Shown here: in pieces, positions 12,937 through 24,441 of the stretch
Position numbering within the stretch: the first letter of the stretch is position 1
Layout of the letters: every line of letters starts with the position of its first letter
Assembly: GCF_018350175.1 (NCBI RefSeq)
Contig: NC_058368.1
Location: forward strand, 98,210,001 to 98,274,000
Length of the DNA stretch: 64,000 bases
Direction: 5' to 3'
Origin: Felis catus
Lineage: Eukaryota
The notes under the pieces: model-generated
Database searches by the model: none
What the model was told of the DNA's origin: nothing
Seen by the model: only the letters and a program-made list of their open reading frames with translations
Translations under genes and position numbers: made by a program

Positions 12937-13325
12937 GTCTCAAAAATAAATAAAAACATAAAAAGAATTAAGGAAAAAAATATGAGCCAAAAAGGTACAG
13001 ACAGGGTCTGGCTTTGAGAATAGAAGGTGGGACCGGTTTTTTAAATGGAAGGGCAAGACCCGAGGAGGGACTGGGTGAGCAGGTGAAGTTTAGACTCAAG
13101 GATAATGGATTAGGACGAATTTGCTGCTGAAGAACAGCAGAGAGAACTTTTTTTAAAAAGTGTGGAGTTATGTCATGTAGTGATAGGCAGTATTAAACAC
13201 AGTAAAGCCAGTTAAGTACGAGAGAGAGTGAAATAGGGATGGTAGTTACTCTTCTCCATGGGAGACAAGGAAAAAGTGACATTGGAGCAGAGGCTTGAAG
13301 GTGGGTTGGAACAGATTGGAGGAAA
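12574..13325 (-). mobile_element. L2 fragments, interrupted by a CanSINE
   Basis: ATATTGTGTGCCT..GTGCTAGG..CAAACAAAA..GGTCCCCATGAAGCTC and GTGACATTGGAGCAGAGGCTTGAAGG L2-like segments. Confidence 0.55.
12726..12980 (+). mobile_element. CanSINE (felid-type)
   Basis: Full head and body, long (CT)n, A-rich tail; TSD AAAAATGAGC / AAAATATGAGC. Confidence 0.96.
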
Positions 13326-13564
13326 TGAGCATAGGGATGATCTCTCTGGTTTGATTATTTTGAGTTTTGAGTCATGTAAATATTTTCCTTAATTAAAATA
13401 AATTTCAAGAATTCAAAAACTCTAAAATTGAACATAAACCTGCATAAATGAACCTAGCATGTTAGCAAAGTTGAAAACAGAACCATACACAATAAAAATT
13501 TAATTCAAGCAACTTAAACAACACTTTGTGGGATGTAACCTAAGGATAGAATGGCAGTAAAATC

Positions 13565-13831
13565 TTTATTTATTTTTATTAAAAATTATTTTTAATGTTT
13601 TATTTATTTTTTGGAGAGGGGGGAGATAGAGAGGGAGGGAGAGAGAGAGAGTGAGTACATGCGGGGGGGGAGGTGGGGACAGAGATAGAGAGGGAGACAC
13701 AGAATCCAAAGCAGGCTCCAGGCCCTGAGCTATCAGCCCAGAGCCCTCCACGGGGCTGGAACCCATGAGCCGTGATACCGTGACCTGAGCTGAAGTCGGT
13801 TGCTTAACCAACTGAGCCACCCAGGTGCTCC
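13565..13831 (-). mobile_element. CanSINE (felid-type)
   Basis: Reverse-complement head (..TGAGCCACCCAGGTGCTCC), T-rich tail; degenerate TSD TGGCAG.AAAA.CTT. Confidence 0.95.
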
Positions 13832-14048
13832 AAGATTGGCAGCAAAAGCTTAAAGTTTACTTAGCAGTTTTGTTGTAAGTATTGTTAGTGGTATTGTAAT
13901 TGTGAAAGTACCATCTGTATATCAGGAGATAGAACACGTGAGTTAAGATACTGATCTTTTGGGAATCAGGTTTCACTGTAGAACAAGGCAGATGACAAAA
14001 TGGGTATTGTTGGATATGAGGAGACCCTGTGTTAGGGCATGGGGGAAA

Positions 14049-14180
14049 CGGGGTAAATAGAGTTTTGGTGAGATTTGAAGCTTTCCAGTTGTGGAGGATT
14101 TCTTTAAGGAGAATTAGAAATAAAGAATTACGTATAGAAACTTAAAAATAGCTCATTAGCTTCACAGTAAATGTTTCTCA
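14049..14180 (+). mobile_element. hAT MITE (MER53-like), internally deleted
   Basis: GTTTTG..TGAAGCTT..TCTTTAAG..AATTACG..TCATTAGCTTCACAGTAAAT termini. Confidence 0.55.
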
Positions 14181-17100
14181 GGCCCGGTGGTGTTGAATGT
14201 GTCTTGAAAGCATAGGTGTGTTTTCTTACTGTATGTAGTGGGAAGGCCTAGAAACAATAACACCGTGATAGCAGCGAGCACACTAGTGCTCATAATGGGT
14301 TTTCTAAATACGTGACCTAACAGAAATGAATGAAATGACCCTACAGACATGACTATCTCCTGGTCTGGGCTGGAAAAGAACAAGGAGGTCTCATTACATG
14401 TTGTGCCAGACTCATATGCTCAAAGACTAATGGGGTCCCATCTTGTACACCTTGGCTGTATATATTCAGTACTTGATTGCTAATGGAAAACCATTGTCCC
14501 TAAGCAGTGTTGGCTTCATAACATCGTGTCAGATCCTTCTGATGGCCAACTTGGCTTCAGAGTGGAGTTTAATCCAGTTCAGGGGTGTTGAGAAGTTGTC
14601 CTAGGAGAAATGCTGTAGAGTTAGCCTAACATGGAAGTGCCTAGAAAAGGGCATAGACAGCCATGCAGGGACAGCTGGTTGTATGCTTTTCACTGCCAGA
14701 CTCATTCTGCTTTTCCAAGAATCAATACATTGATGAAATTGTTTCTTTGGGAATGTCCTGATTGGCTGCTGGCTAGCTGCTGCTTAACCAAGGAAAAGAA
14801 ACGAAGTTTACCGTCCTCACACTGTGTTTTTTCCTTCTCTGTTTTTATCTTCAATTAATAAAGTTAACCTATTAATTAGTTTCTCTTGTATATAAATAAA
14901 GCAGGACACTCGTAAATAATGTCTCTAAAATTCTTCTTTGACATTTCCTAAGTTTGTTTTAAATTCATGAGATCCTATTATGTCTGAAAAAGAGTTTTAC
15001 TAGGGAAAATAGGTCCTTTGTTTTTTTTTAACTAAAGAGTCTACATGAACAATATTACTTTGTTGTAAGCATCTTTTTCGAGTTGATAACTAGCAGGGCT
15101 GATGACCTTAAAATTGGAGGACCATCCTATTTCTTACGTATTCACTAATCCTTCCAAAATGCCCAAGACTGCGTTAACTAGCCTTCAAATAAAAGCAGAA
15201 ATAGTGGGGTCCAACAGAATGTTGGTGAGATGTCAGAGGCTGCATTTAGAGAGAAAATGATGAGAAAATATCAAATATATATGATGAATTGGTTGGCATA
15301 TAAAAAGAACTGAAAGCGAGTAATTACTGCAGTAAAGGGAAAGGGGAACAGAAAATAGCAGAGGTTTGTCCAAAGAAATAATACATGGGTAGTTCAGTGT
15401 CATTCAGAGTGGGTTAAAAAAAAAAAAAAATTGCTCGACGAAAATGATAGTGGGGAAATGTAGCATAAATACAATCCTGGTCGAAATTTCAACCAGTTTT
15501 GAATACTGCAAAGCTTTTGAATAATGTATGTAAATCAAGATGAGCCTTCAAAGTACAATGTTACTCTTGATGAAATGGGCCTATAAGTTAGGAAGTATGA
15601 AAGGGGTACTTCTAAAGAATGCTGCTGCCATGAAGTTTTGATTTGCCTGGTGTTAAATTAACGTAAACTTTTCTTATGTGTGTGGGACAGGACTGAAGGG
15701 AAAATACACAGACTCTTGAAAATGTAGATAAATGCAGAGTAAATGATTGTCTCATTCCCCAAACGGAACCCATTGGAACACAATGGAATGAAAACATAAG
15801 TAGGCTCCTTCTCAGGAAAGCATAGCTCATAATGTAGAATAACATTACATTAGAATGGAGTCAACATTTTTGCAAAATTTGGGGGAAAAAAGTTCTTTAG
15901 CTGGTTTAACTTAGGCTGAGCCTGTCATTAAGAATATGGAAATAATCTAGTAGTGTCCGCACAAATTGTGGTATTTTTAAGAAGACCATTGGAAAGCTGA
16001 TTAGACATGGATTTGATTTGGCGTTTAAGAAAATTGGTAAAGGGAGCCAGGAGGGCAATTACGTGTATAGACTGAATGTTGTTACACAAATGTACTGAGT
16101 CACTCTTAGCACTTAAACAAATGATTACCAGCAGAACGATGCATTTGAAATTCACTCCATGTTACTCTGGAACAAAGTTCTGAGGCCGACCATAAATCTT
16201 GTGTGTATGCTGAACACAAGCATGGGCTCTTTGAGTTTTATTTTTTTGGCATTACCTTAGTCATTCTTAAGTTAGAAAATCACTCAATCCGAGTTGGAAG
16301 GACATCTAGAGACATCAGCTAAATTACTTCTCTGCATCAGCTTACTACCTTGTGTGTAAACATTTCCAGGAACAAAACATTTTACAACTTCCCCAAGGCG
16401 ATGGTTAAATCACTGCAGTTTATAAACCCCAATAGCTAGGAGTTCAGCTCCATCTGGGTATTGTATTTGCCCTCATTCCTCTGTTGCCAACATGTCTTCT
16501 CCCATTTCATGTGGCTTCCTCTTGTTTTAGATTCTATTTTCCTTTATTCAAATAGATATGTTTTCCTGCATCCCTCTTGGAGGTTTTTCTCATGTTCCAA
16601 TGCCACATTTGTCGTCTTTGGAGTTCTTCTCCGCATCCCCACATCTTCTTGTTTTCTCCCGAATCCTCTGTAAGTTTATTTTGGATGGAGGGTGAATGAA
16701 CCCAAATGTTATAAATCAAGCTGGAAGGAAAATGAGGGATTAGAAAGTGTGAGTATCTAAAGGACTGTGTTCACCAAATGCAGGCTGTAAAGGCATTCTT
16801 GCAGGCTTAGGAGAACCTCCGTGTGGATGCCTGCCAACCTCTCTTAGGTTTACTTACCCAGGCGAGAGCGTTGGGAATGCTTGCTGGCCAACACTCTATT
16901 AGCATACATACAGCTCTCTGTTGGAAAGTTTACAGAACCCATTAGAGTTCAGAGTATTTTTTTTTAGAAGCATGGTTGAGGGACTCCTTTAATGAATTGC
17001 ATTTCAGGATGTTTCTATTCTTATGGGGACTGCCTGTAAAATATTAGCAAGTGGCCCCGAAGACCATGGGAGGTTGTGCTCTTCAAGAGGCACTCCTGTA

Positions 17101-18039
17101 GGTAAATATTTTCCATCTAGTAGGGTATGACATCCGCTTGGAAGCTGTACCATTGCTCAAGTCCTGATTTTGTAAATCCCACAGAATATTCTATAGAATA
17201 ACCTTTGCTTTATGTGGAATCACTGTCTAAATCAATTTATGAATAAATCTAGCGATTCTCCTTTTTGTGAGCTAAATCCTTGCTTCATTTATGTTGATAA
17301 TGCTGAGTCCTGTTGTATTCACCATCAAGGCAGTCCCATGATTTGCTTAGCATAAGTGGATATTTTCGTGCTAAGTGAGGAGCACAGTTTATTCCAAAAG
17401 TCTGAGCTCCTGATAACTACAGGATTTTATTCTAAAAAAGGATCATGCATATTCATCAAGTTTTTGGATAAAAATAAAAGCAGTATTTTAATTTACAATA
17501 TTTTTTATTAATAGAACTGCTGCCTACTTATGTTTATGGAGAGTTACCATTTGCAGGAGGTATAGAGGAAAGTATCAATGTCTATCAGGAAAGAATTTTA
17601 TTGTAGAATCATTGCTGAGGGGCAGATTACTCTTTTGGATGACCCAGAAGTGGGAGTACTAAAGGTTTGAGGAAGCATAATTCAAGCATAATGAGTAAGG
17701 GTTTTGAGAAACATGTGAATGCATAAAGAGGTTAATTGATTACTGAAAATTCTTTATACCTGCAGAAATAAATGTATCATTTAATTACAGTGTGCTGAGT
17801 TTAGCTCTTACAGATAATGAATAAAAGCCACCTTTTTTGTGAGTGTATGTGTGCACACTTGTGTGCATGTTCTCTCCTATGGGATGATGAATTATGAATA
17901 ACAGTGCTGTGATTACACATGTTTAAAGGGAATAGTGTTTTTCATGCCATCAAGTCATAAAATCTGTTGTGGACCTTGACGCTACAGTCTTTTGCTATTC
18001 CTGCCTCTGGCCCCTTGTAAGCCTTTCCTTTGGTAAGAA

Positions 18040-18255
18040 GATACACTTTTTGTCCAAAAGGCCAGATAGTAATGATTTTAGGCTTTGTGGACCACATGGT
18101 CTTCTTTGTAACTACTCAGCTTTGCTCTTGTAGCTTGAAAACAACCACAGGAAATACAGAAACAAATGGGTGGACCTGGGTTCCAACGAAACTTTATTTT
18201 CAAAAACAGGTGGCTGGTAGGATTTTGCCCGTAAACTATAGATTACTGACCTTTG
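18040..18255 (+). mobile_element. MER58A-like hAT-Charlie MITE
   Basis: AAGGCCAGATAGTAA..TTTTAGGCTTTGTGG..ACTACTCAGCT..GTTCCAA..AAACTTTATTT..AAAAACAGGTGG. Confidence 0.85.
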
Positions 18256-18399
18256 TTCTAGGTGTCTGTGTCTTGCTCATTATTAGACATTTCTGTCTTT
18301 TGTAGAGGTCCTGAGGATATTTCACATTCTGCCAGAAGAATGTTTTTAAAGGTATTTTTCAGGCCCTTCCAAGGTAGCACAGAAGAGCTATGCTGCAGT

Positions 18400-18443
18400 G
18401 TTTTGTTTTTTTTTGTTGTTGTTGTTTTTTTAAGTTTGTTTGT

Positions 18444-18490
<47 letters not shown>

Positions 18491-18694
18491 TTTTTGAGAG
18501 AGAGAGAACACAAGTGGAGGAGGGCAGAGAGAAGGAGACACAGAACCTGAAGCAGGCTCCAGGCTCTGAGCTGTGAGCACAGTGTGCCCACAATGGGCAC
18601 ACTGTGGCCCAGTGTGGGGCCTGAACTCCAGGACTGTAGGATCATGACCTGAGCCAAAGTTGACGCTTAACTGAATGAGCCACCCAGGTATCCC
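18400..18694 (-). mobile_element. CanSINE with (TTTA)n tail and an internal hairpin insertion
   Basis: Reverse-complement head and body; (TTTA)n at about 18443-18494; CTGCAGT on both flanks. Confidence 0.94.
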
Positions 18695-18799
18695 TGCAGT
18701 AAGTGTTTTTAAATGCCCAATTGTATCACACAGGGAAAGTGGAGTACCAGTTCTCCTGGGTAAGTGCTGATATTACCTCCAGAGAAGTTCTGCAGTGTG

Positions 18800-18945
18800 T
18801 TACAGACAGAGGTATGGCAGGGTTTGGGAAGCTTTAGGTGTGGTGTACATCTGGGGCCATGGACCTTGGTTTCCTCAGTGGCAAAGGAGGATATTGGGAC
18901 TAGACAATGTATAAATTTTTGCCAGCTCTAGGATTTTGTGATTTT
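18800..18945 (+). mobile_element. MIR/MIR3 fragment
   Basis: TGGACCTTGGTTTCCTCAGTGGCAAAGGAGG..GGACTAGA..CCAGCTCTAGGATTTTGTGATT. Confidence 0.55.
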
Positions 18946-19223
18946 AAATTAAGGTTCTTGGCAAACCTGATTGTGTAGGCAGTCTCGGATCTCCATGTTT
19001 CACTTGTAAGCCATTTTCCTCAGAACAAACAGCAGACTCTGGTAACTTTGGAAGGAGAACACATTTCTTGTTTCAACATTAGGAATTGATGAGAATTACC
19101 ACATTTACGGGGAGTTTTAAATACAGTTTTGGAATTCTCCATATATTCACTGCTTATCTGCATGAGACTGATCATGGCCTTAAGGATATTTATGGGTATT
19201 TTTCTTTGAAAATTGGTAGCTAT

Positions 19224-19350
19224 GGGGGCGCCTGGGTGGCTCAGTCAGTTTAAGCATCTGACTCTTGATTGTAGCTCAGGTCTTGATCTTAGGGTCATGA
19301 TTTCAAGCCCCGTGTTGGGCTGGGCATGGAGCCTACTTAAAAAAAAAAAA
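19224..19350 (+). mobile_element. Short CanSINE variant lacking the CT tract
   Basis: Head GGGGGCGCCTGGGTGGCTCAG, body ends GGAGCCTACTT followed by an A tail. Confidence 0.9.
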
Positions 19351-19356
19351 TTGGCT

Positions 19357-19581
19357 GGGGCGCCTGGGTGGCGCAGTCGGTTAAGCGTCCGACTTCAGCC
19401 AGGTCAGGATCTCGCCGTCGGTGAGTTCGAGCCCCGTGTCGGGCTCTGGGCTGATGGCTCAGAGCCTGGAGCCTGTTTCCGATTCTGTGTCTCCCTCTCT
19501 CTGCCCCTCCCCCGTTCATGCTCTGTCTCTCTCTGTCCCCCAAAAAAATAAATAAACGTTGAAAAAAAATTAAAAAAAAAA
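19357..19581 (+). mobile_element. Young felid SINEC_Fc
   Basis: CpG-rich GGGGCGCCTGGGTGGCGCAGTCGGTTAAGCGTCCGACTTCAGCCAGGTC..AAATAAACGTTGAAAA. Confidence 0.97.
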
Positions 19582-19635
19582 TTGGCAGCTATAATGAATA
19601 TGTATTTTTTAAAATTGGCTTACATTTTTGGTGTG

Positions 19636-20281
19636 ATTTATGTCATCGTTTCTAAGAGTAACATTTCTTTTTACACTTTAACACGTATGAAATCAAAGTG
19701 TGTCATACGATTACTTTCATCTATGTAACAATTGTGATGTAGTTATTGCCTGTATTTGGGCATCAAAATTTGTATCACTGTATGGATATATAGCTATGTA
19801 ATGATATTGATAACCTCATAATCCCCAGCTTGTAAGGGAATCCTGAAAACAATCAGTGAAGCACTATTTAAAAATGTGACCTCATTGTCAAATCACTGTC
19901 GTATACTGGAAAGTAATGTTAACGTTCTTTGTCAACTATACTTAAAATGCTGTTTCACCAAGGATTTTATGGCACAGAGGACAATTTTTTGTAGAAAATT
20001 ATGGACCTAATGACTCTGAATTGATGAGGATTTTTGAATCTGAATGTGAAGAAATGTTGGTAATTTGTTTGTATTTCTTTTTACATACACACCAATAATA
20101 TGAGGAGGAAAAAAACCCCCCTAGGTCTAATAAAGTTATAATGAGCTCTTTTCGTAACATAAAATTGCAAGTAGTAAACAGTGTTGTGACATAGTTTAGT
20201 TGGCAGTGGTATATTTTTGTTCTTAGTGGTACATAAAGTAACAGTGTGTTCTTATAATGACATATTACATTCATAAATACG
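19636..20281 (+). mobile_element. TcMar-Tc2 DNA transposon fossil (Kanga1/MER104-like) with a transposase C-terminal remnant
   Basis: 5' TCATCG.TTCTAAG..CATTT..ACA.TTTAACA..TGAAATC and 3' GTTTAGTTGGCAG..TCTTAGTGGTACATAAA..AAATACG; internal KCCFTKDF/GTEDN codons at 19945-19985. Confidence 0.7.
19877..19945 (+). mobile_element. Very short L1 3' tip (carnivore L1-like) inserted in the Tc2 fossil
   Basis: AATCACTGTCGTATACTGGAAAGTAATGTTAAC..TGTCAACTATACTTAAAA resembles the carnivore L1 3' terminus; AAAATG on both flanks. Confidence 0.6.
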
Positions 20282-22384
20282 CTACTATTAAGATGGGAAA
20301 TGTTTGAGCATTTAGAAGAAAAAAAATTATGAAATATGAAAAGAATTAGGGGAAAATTAGGACAAAAGGAGACTTTATTTTGCTTTTCAGCGCTGAGAGG
20401 AGTAAAGAATGAGAAAAATACACTGAGACCTTGATGCACGCTTCTGTCAGAGAGGAATGAACTTAAGATCACCAGTAGAATGTATAAGAGCCCTTGAAGA
20501 CCTTTGATCCTGCCTGTCTTTTGCCTCCATGTTCCTGGCACCCAGCGCAATGGCTGGTTCAGATCTGGCTGCCCATAATTTTTTGATGAGTGTGAGGATA
20601 ACTGGTCACTAGAGCAAGAGGTGTACCTGGGCAAAGCTGAGGCCATATGGTCCCTCATGTTGATGTGAGGAACCTCAGAAACCACCCTGGTGACAAATGT
20701 TAAGTCCTCCTTTGGCTCTGAGGGTTCAGAATATTTATAAAAGTTACTCTCACACTTGATCTCTCTGAGTTCACGTTAGACAAAGAACCAGGAGTCAACA
20801 GCACTTATATTTAGGATCACAGGTGTTTGTATTGAAACAGCGGCCTTGACAACCCAGTATAACCTGCTTGAGTTCAACGAGAAGCAAGCATAAGCTGTCA
20901 CTGAACTTTTCCTTTTTTAATAACTCGGCAATTAAGAACTTGGCCCAACACTTTCTAAAAGTAGTCCATGATGAGACCATCCTTTGAAGCATTAGCTTGA
21001 GAGAAGAAATAGAAAGCCAAGGTTATCAGTTTCTGTACCAATTTTGATAGAAGCAGATGCTAACTACACAGAATTCTTGCTGAACTTGTTTCCATATGGT
21101 CTCCAGTATGTCTTGTTCTTGCAATTTTTAGAGGCTGGAATACTTTGGGAAGCTTAGGTGTCATCACCACCCAAGCAAAACCAAATTCTTAAAAAAACTT
21201 ACAAAAAATCTTTTTGGTGAGAGAAATGAATTTATTTCAAAAAATAGATGTTAAGGTGTTCAGACGAAAGCTTTCCTGAGTACTTAGAATTTTAGCATAT
21301 ACATGGGAGTCTGCTTCCTTTAAGATCCTTCCAATATAAAGTTACCTAATTGTAGATCTTTATTGATGTTCTGCTTTTGACATTGCATACTATAGGAATA
21401 AATAAATATAAAAACAGAGTTTAGTTGAAATGACAGCAATGTATATTACAGAATTAGAATATTGTTGTGCATACATAAAGATTTGGATTGGGTGGAGAAA
21501 TTTTTAATGATAAAAGAGGATAGAGCAGAAGATCAGTGAGGACCAAAAGACGCACAGAAGCCTTTTTAAACTTCATCTTCAGAATTTGGCAGACCAAAAT
21601 GCAAGGGTGGAGTGATTCCATCAAGGGGGCTGTGTGAAATCTGGGAGGCTAAGAGGAGGTAAGTGGCCGGAACACAGGGGGGAGAAGAAATCTGGGAATA
21701 GAGACAAATAACTGAATAAAATCATTGCTAGAATGTTCCACAATTACCAACGGCATGCACACCATGAAGCAGGCTCTGTCCAGTGCTGGTGATTCACTGG
21801 TTGACAAGCCAGATGGAGTATCTGCCATCAGGTGACTGACATATAGTTGGGTGCGGCAAACAAAAAAACAAGTAAGCAAATAAGTACAAGAAGCAAGTTT
21901 GTGGTTAAGTAATATAATCAGTAATACTACTAATACTATGGTGGGAAGGATATGAACTAAATACTATGACAGTGAATATTGGACATGGGGGCTATTTTAG
22001 GTAGGGTAGTCAGGGAAAGCATGTCTAAGGTGTTGACTTTCAAACCAAGATCTAAGGGTTGAGAAGGAGCCAGCTGAGTAAGGGAGAGGGGAGGAGAGAA
22101 GGGGTAAACAGAAAGAGATGGATAGGTTTAAAAAAACAAACAAATTTAGAGCCTGGAATAAAGGAAGGAAGCCAGGCAGGGGCTCACGATGAACTAGGCA
22201 GGTAAACAGGCCTCAGGTAAAGGTGGACATTGAAGGGCAGAGTAGAGAATTTGGATTTTGTTCTAAGTGCAATGAATAGAAATTCTTGGGAGAGTTTTAA
22301 GGAAGAATATGATAAAATAGAACTTAAATAATTTAAAGATTATTCTGGTTCTTGTGTATATAGCAAATTGAGGGGGAAATCCTC

Positions 22385-22518
22385 ACCATCCTCATCAAGC
22401 TCATACCTACATAGCACTTAACTGTGTATCCCACAGTATTTTAAGCACTTTATAATTATTATCTCATTATATCTTCATAACAACTCCGAGGTAGATATGG
22501 TTATTAATCCACCATTTT

Positions 22519-22558
<40 letters not shown>

Positions 22559-22925
22559 TTTTAAAAAAGTTAAATGCTTATTTTTGGGGGAGAGAGAGAG
22601 AGAGAGAGCCCATGCATGAGCGAGTGGGGGAGGGGCAGAGAGAGAGGGAGACACAGAATCCAGAGCAGGCTCCAGGCTCCAAGCTGTCAGCACAGAGCCT
22701 GATGCAGGACTTGAGCTTACAAACCTTGAGATCACGACCTGAGCTGAAGTTGGGACACTTAACCAACTGAGCCACCCAGGCACCCCATTAATCCACAATT
22801 TTCAAGATAAAGGTACTAAGACAGTACTAGGAGGTCAATTACTTTGGCCAGGCTTCCATTGTCAGTAGATGCTCAGACTGGGCTTTGACCTGAAGCAGGC
22901 TGTGCTCTTAATCACTGTACTGTCC
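22385..22925 (-). mobile_element. MIR SINE split by a CanSINE
   Basis: ATAGCACTTA..TAAGCACTTTA..TATCTCATT..TCTTCATAACAAC..GAGGTAG on the left; ATTTTCAAGATAAAGG.ACTAAG..GCTCTTAATCACT on the right. Confidence 0.75.
22515..22786 (-). mobile_element. CanSINE with (TTTA)n tail
   Basis: Reverse-complement head and body; TSD ATTAATCCAC.ATTTT. Confidence 0.96.
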
Positions 22926-24189
22926 ATTCAGTAGGAACCAGGACATGGTAGAAGCTTACTGTAGTTGATGAGAGAGAAGCTACTATCTTGGACTTGAGTG
23001 TAGGACAGATAGGACTTGGTGATGGGTTAGAGGCTAAGTAGGGGGTCGAGGGATGGCAACAGAAAGGAATAAGTCAAGATTGGTGGCTAGATGTCATATT
23101 GTGGCTTATAGAAAGCATTTAAAGTCAGAGAAAGTTTGTGTTAATGAACTGGAACATCATGGAACAGTATTTTGGGTAAGTGTAGTGATACAGGATGGTT
23201 GTTTGAGAAAGATAGGTTGGGTGGTACTGGGAATAATGAATCAGAATTGGAAAATCTGAGAGGCAGGAAGTCTTCAAGGAGTCTGTAGGGACTCCTGTGT
23301 GAGAAGTTGGGAGGCTTACATCAAGCAGATGGCTTTGGGATTAGAAGGGAAAACATGGCCACAAGGGATGTATTTAAGGAAACTTTTTGTCTTTGAAGCA
23401 TCCTGGAAATGAAAAATGCATCAAAAGGTGTACCTAAGAAAGCTGTGGAATCTTTGGTGGTGACCTGGATGTAGTTTGTAATCATTGGTCACTTCTGTTG
23501 TGTTTCTACGAGGCGTGTGCACGCTTAGGTTTGATTGAACCCAGTGTCTTGGACCAGCCATTTTCAAATCAGCACACCCGTGCCTTTAAGAATGTATCCT
23601 GCACAGGACTGAAATGACAAAATGAAAACTCATGTCCCGCTCATGACTTGGAAATGAAAAGTGTGTTTTCTGTTAAAGTTGAATTTAATAAACACTTATT
23701 AAGAGCTTATTCTAAGTCATTGAGATGCCAGAGATACAATAGTGGCAAAAACAGTGCTAAATTACTGCCCACCTATAGCCGTATTTATACTCTAGAAGAT
23801 TCTTTGTGCTTTGTGTTTTGTGATGCACAGACCCACAATGCAAACAGAAAGAACATACATGGGTGTTAAAAATAATATCACTTTCATACCGTTCTTCATA
23901 AATCCCAAAGAGTAAAAGTAAATATAGCTAATGTATCCCAACATAAAATTTCCACAAATTTCCCTTAAATGTCAAGTCATTGAACTAAAATACCCAGAGC
24001 TTCATTTTCAGAGGGATGTTGGGAGACAGTTTTTAAGGTAACTTTGATAAACCCTGTTGAGATTTGTTCCAGTTGGTATTTTGAGCAGAATAAACTCAAA
24101 ACCTGACACATATAAATATCAAATACCAACAAAAATGAAAATACTTTCCTTTATTTAACACGTTAAGTGTTAATTTTCTGTGTTCCACA

Positions 24190-24355
24190 GGGTGGCTCAC
24201 TCAGTTGAGCATCTGACTTAGCTCAGGTCATGATCTCGTAGTTCCTGGGTTTGAGCCCTAGGTTGGGCTGTCTGCTGTCAGTATGGAGCCCACTTCAGAT
24301 CCTCTGTCCTCTTCTCTCTCTCTCTCTCTCAAAAATAAACATTAAAAAACAAAAA
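24190..24355 (+). mobile_element. CanSINE, slightly 5'-truncated and internally shortened
   Basis: GGGTGGCTCACTCAGTTGAGCATCTGACTT..(CT)n CAAAAATAAACATTAAAA. Confidence 0.9.
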
Positions 24356-24441
24356 GTGGGGATGCTTTGTGTTGCCCCACAGGAATTTGCCATTTGCAAA
24401 AGATAGCAATGACCTGTAATTTTTTTCTATCCTCTTAACAA

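Larger units (their letters stand above)
13330..14440 (+). mobile_element. L1MC4-like 3' UTR fragments, interrupted by a SINE and a MER53-like element
   Basis: AAATGAACCTA, GGTATTGTAATTGTG..GGGAATCAGG, GGCCTAGAAACAAT..GAGCAC..TAGTGC..TCAAAGACTAATGGGGTC resemble the L1MC4 3' end. Confidence 0.65.
21705..23400 (-). mobile_element. L2 LINE fragments, interrupted by a MIR and a SINE
   Basis: GGTAGTCAGGGAAAGC, AGATCTAAGGG.TGAGAAGGAGCCAGC, TTTGGATTTTGTTCTAAGTGCAATG, ACAGATAGGACTTGGTGATGG. Confidence 0.7.

Noticed and set aside
15257..15313. C/D-box snoRNA-like motifs (ATGATGA ... CTGA)
   Set aside because: Short span, no terminal stem and no evident rRNA-complementary guide.
19213..19551. SINE-spanning ORFs ('GAPGWLS..', 'MAQLVK..', 'ERERER..')
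   Set aside because: These are translations of CanSINE bodies and microsatellites and recur at every SINE.
19999..20685. Longest ORF in the track (228 aa, minus strand)
   Set aside because: Non-ATG start, about 40% of it is antisense to a Tc2 transposon fossil, F/L/S-rich composition typical of non-coding DNA, and no recognisable domain.
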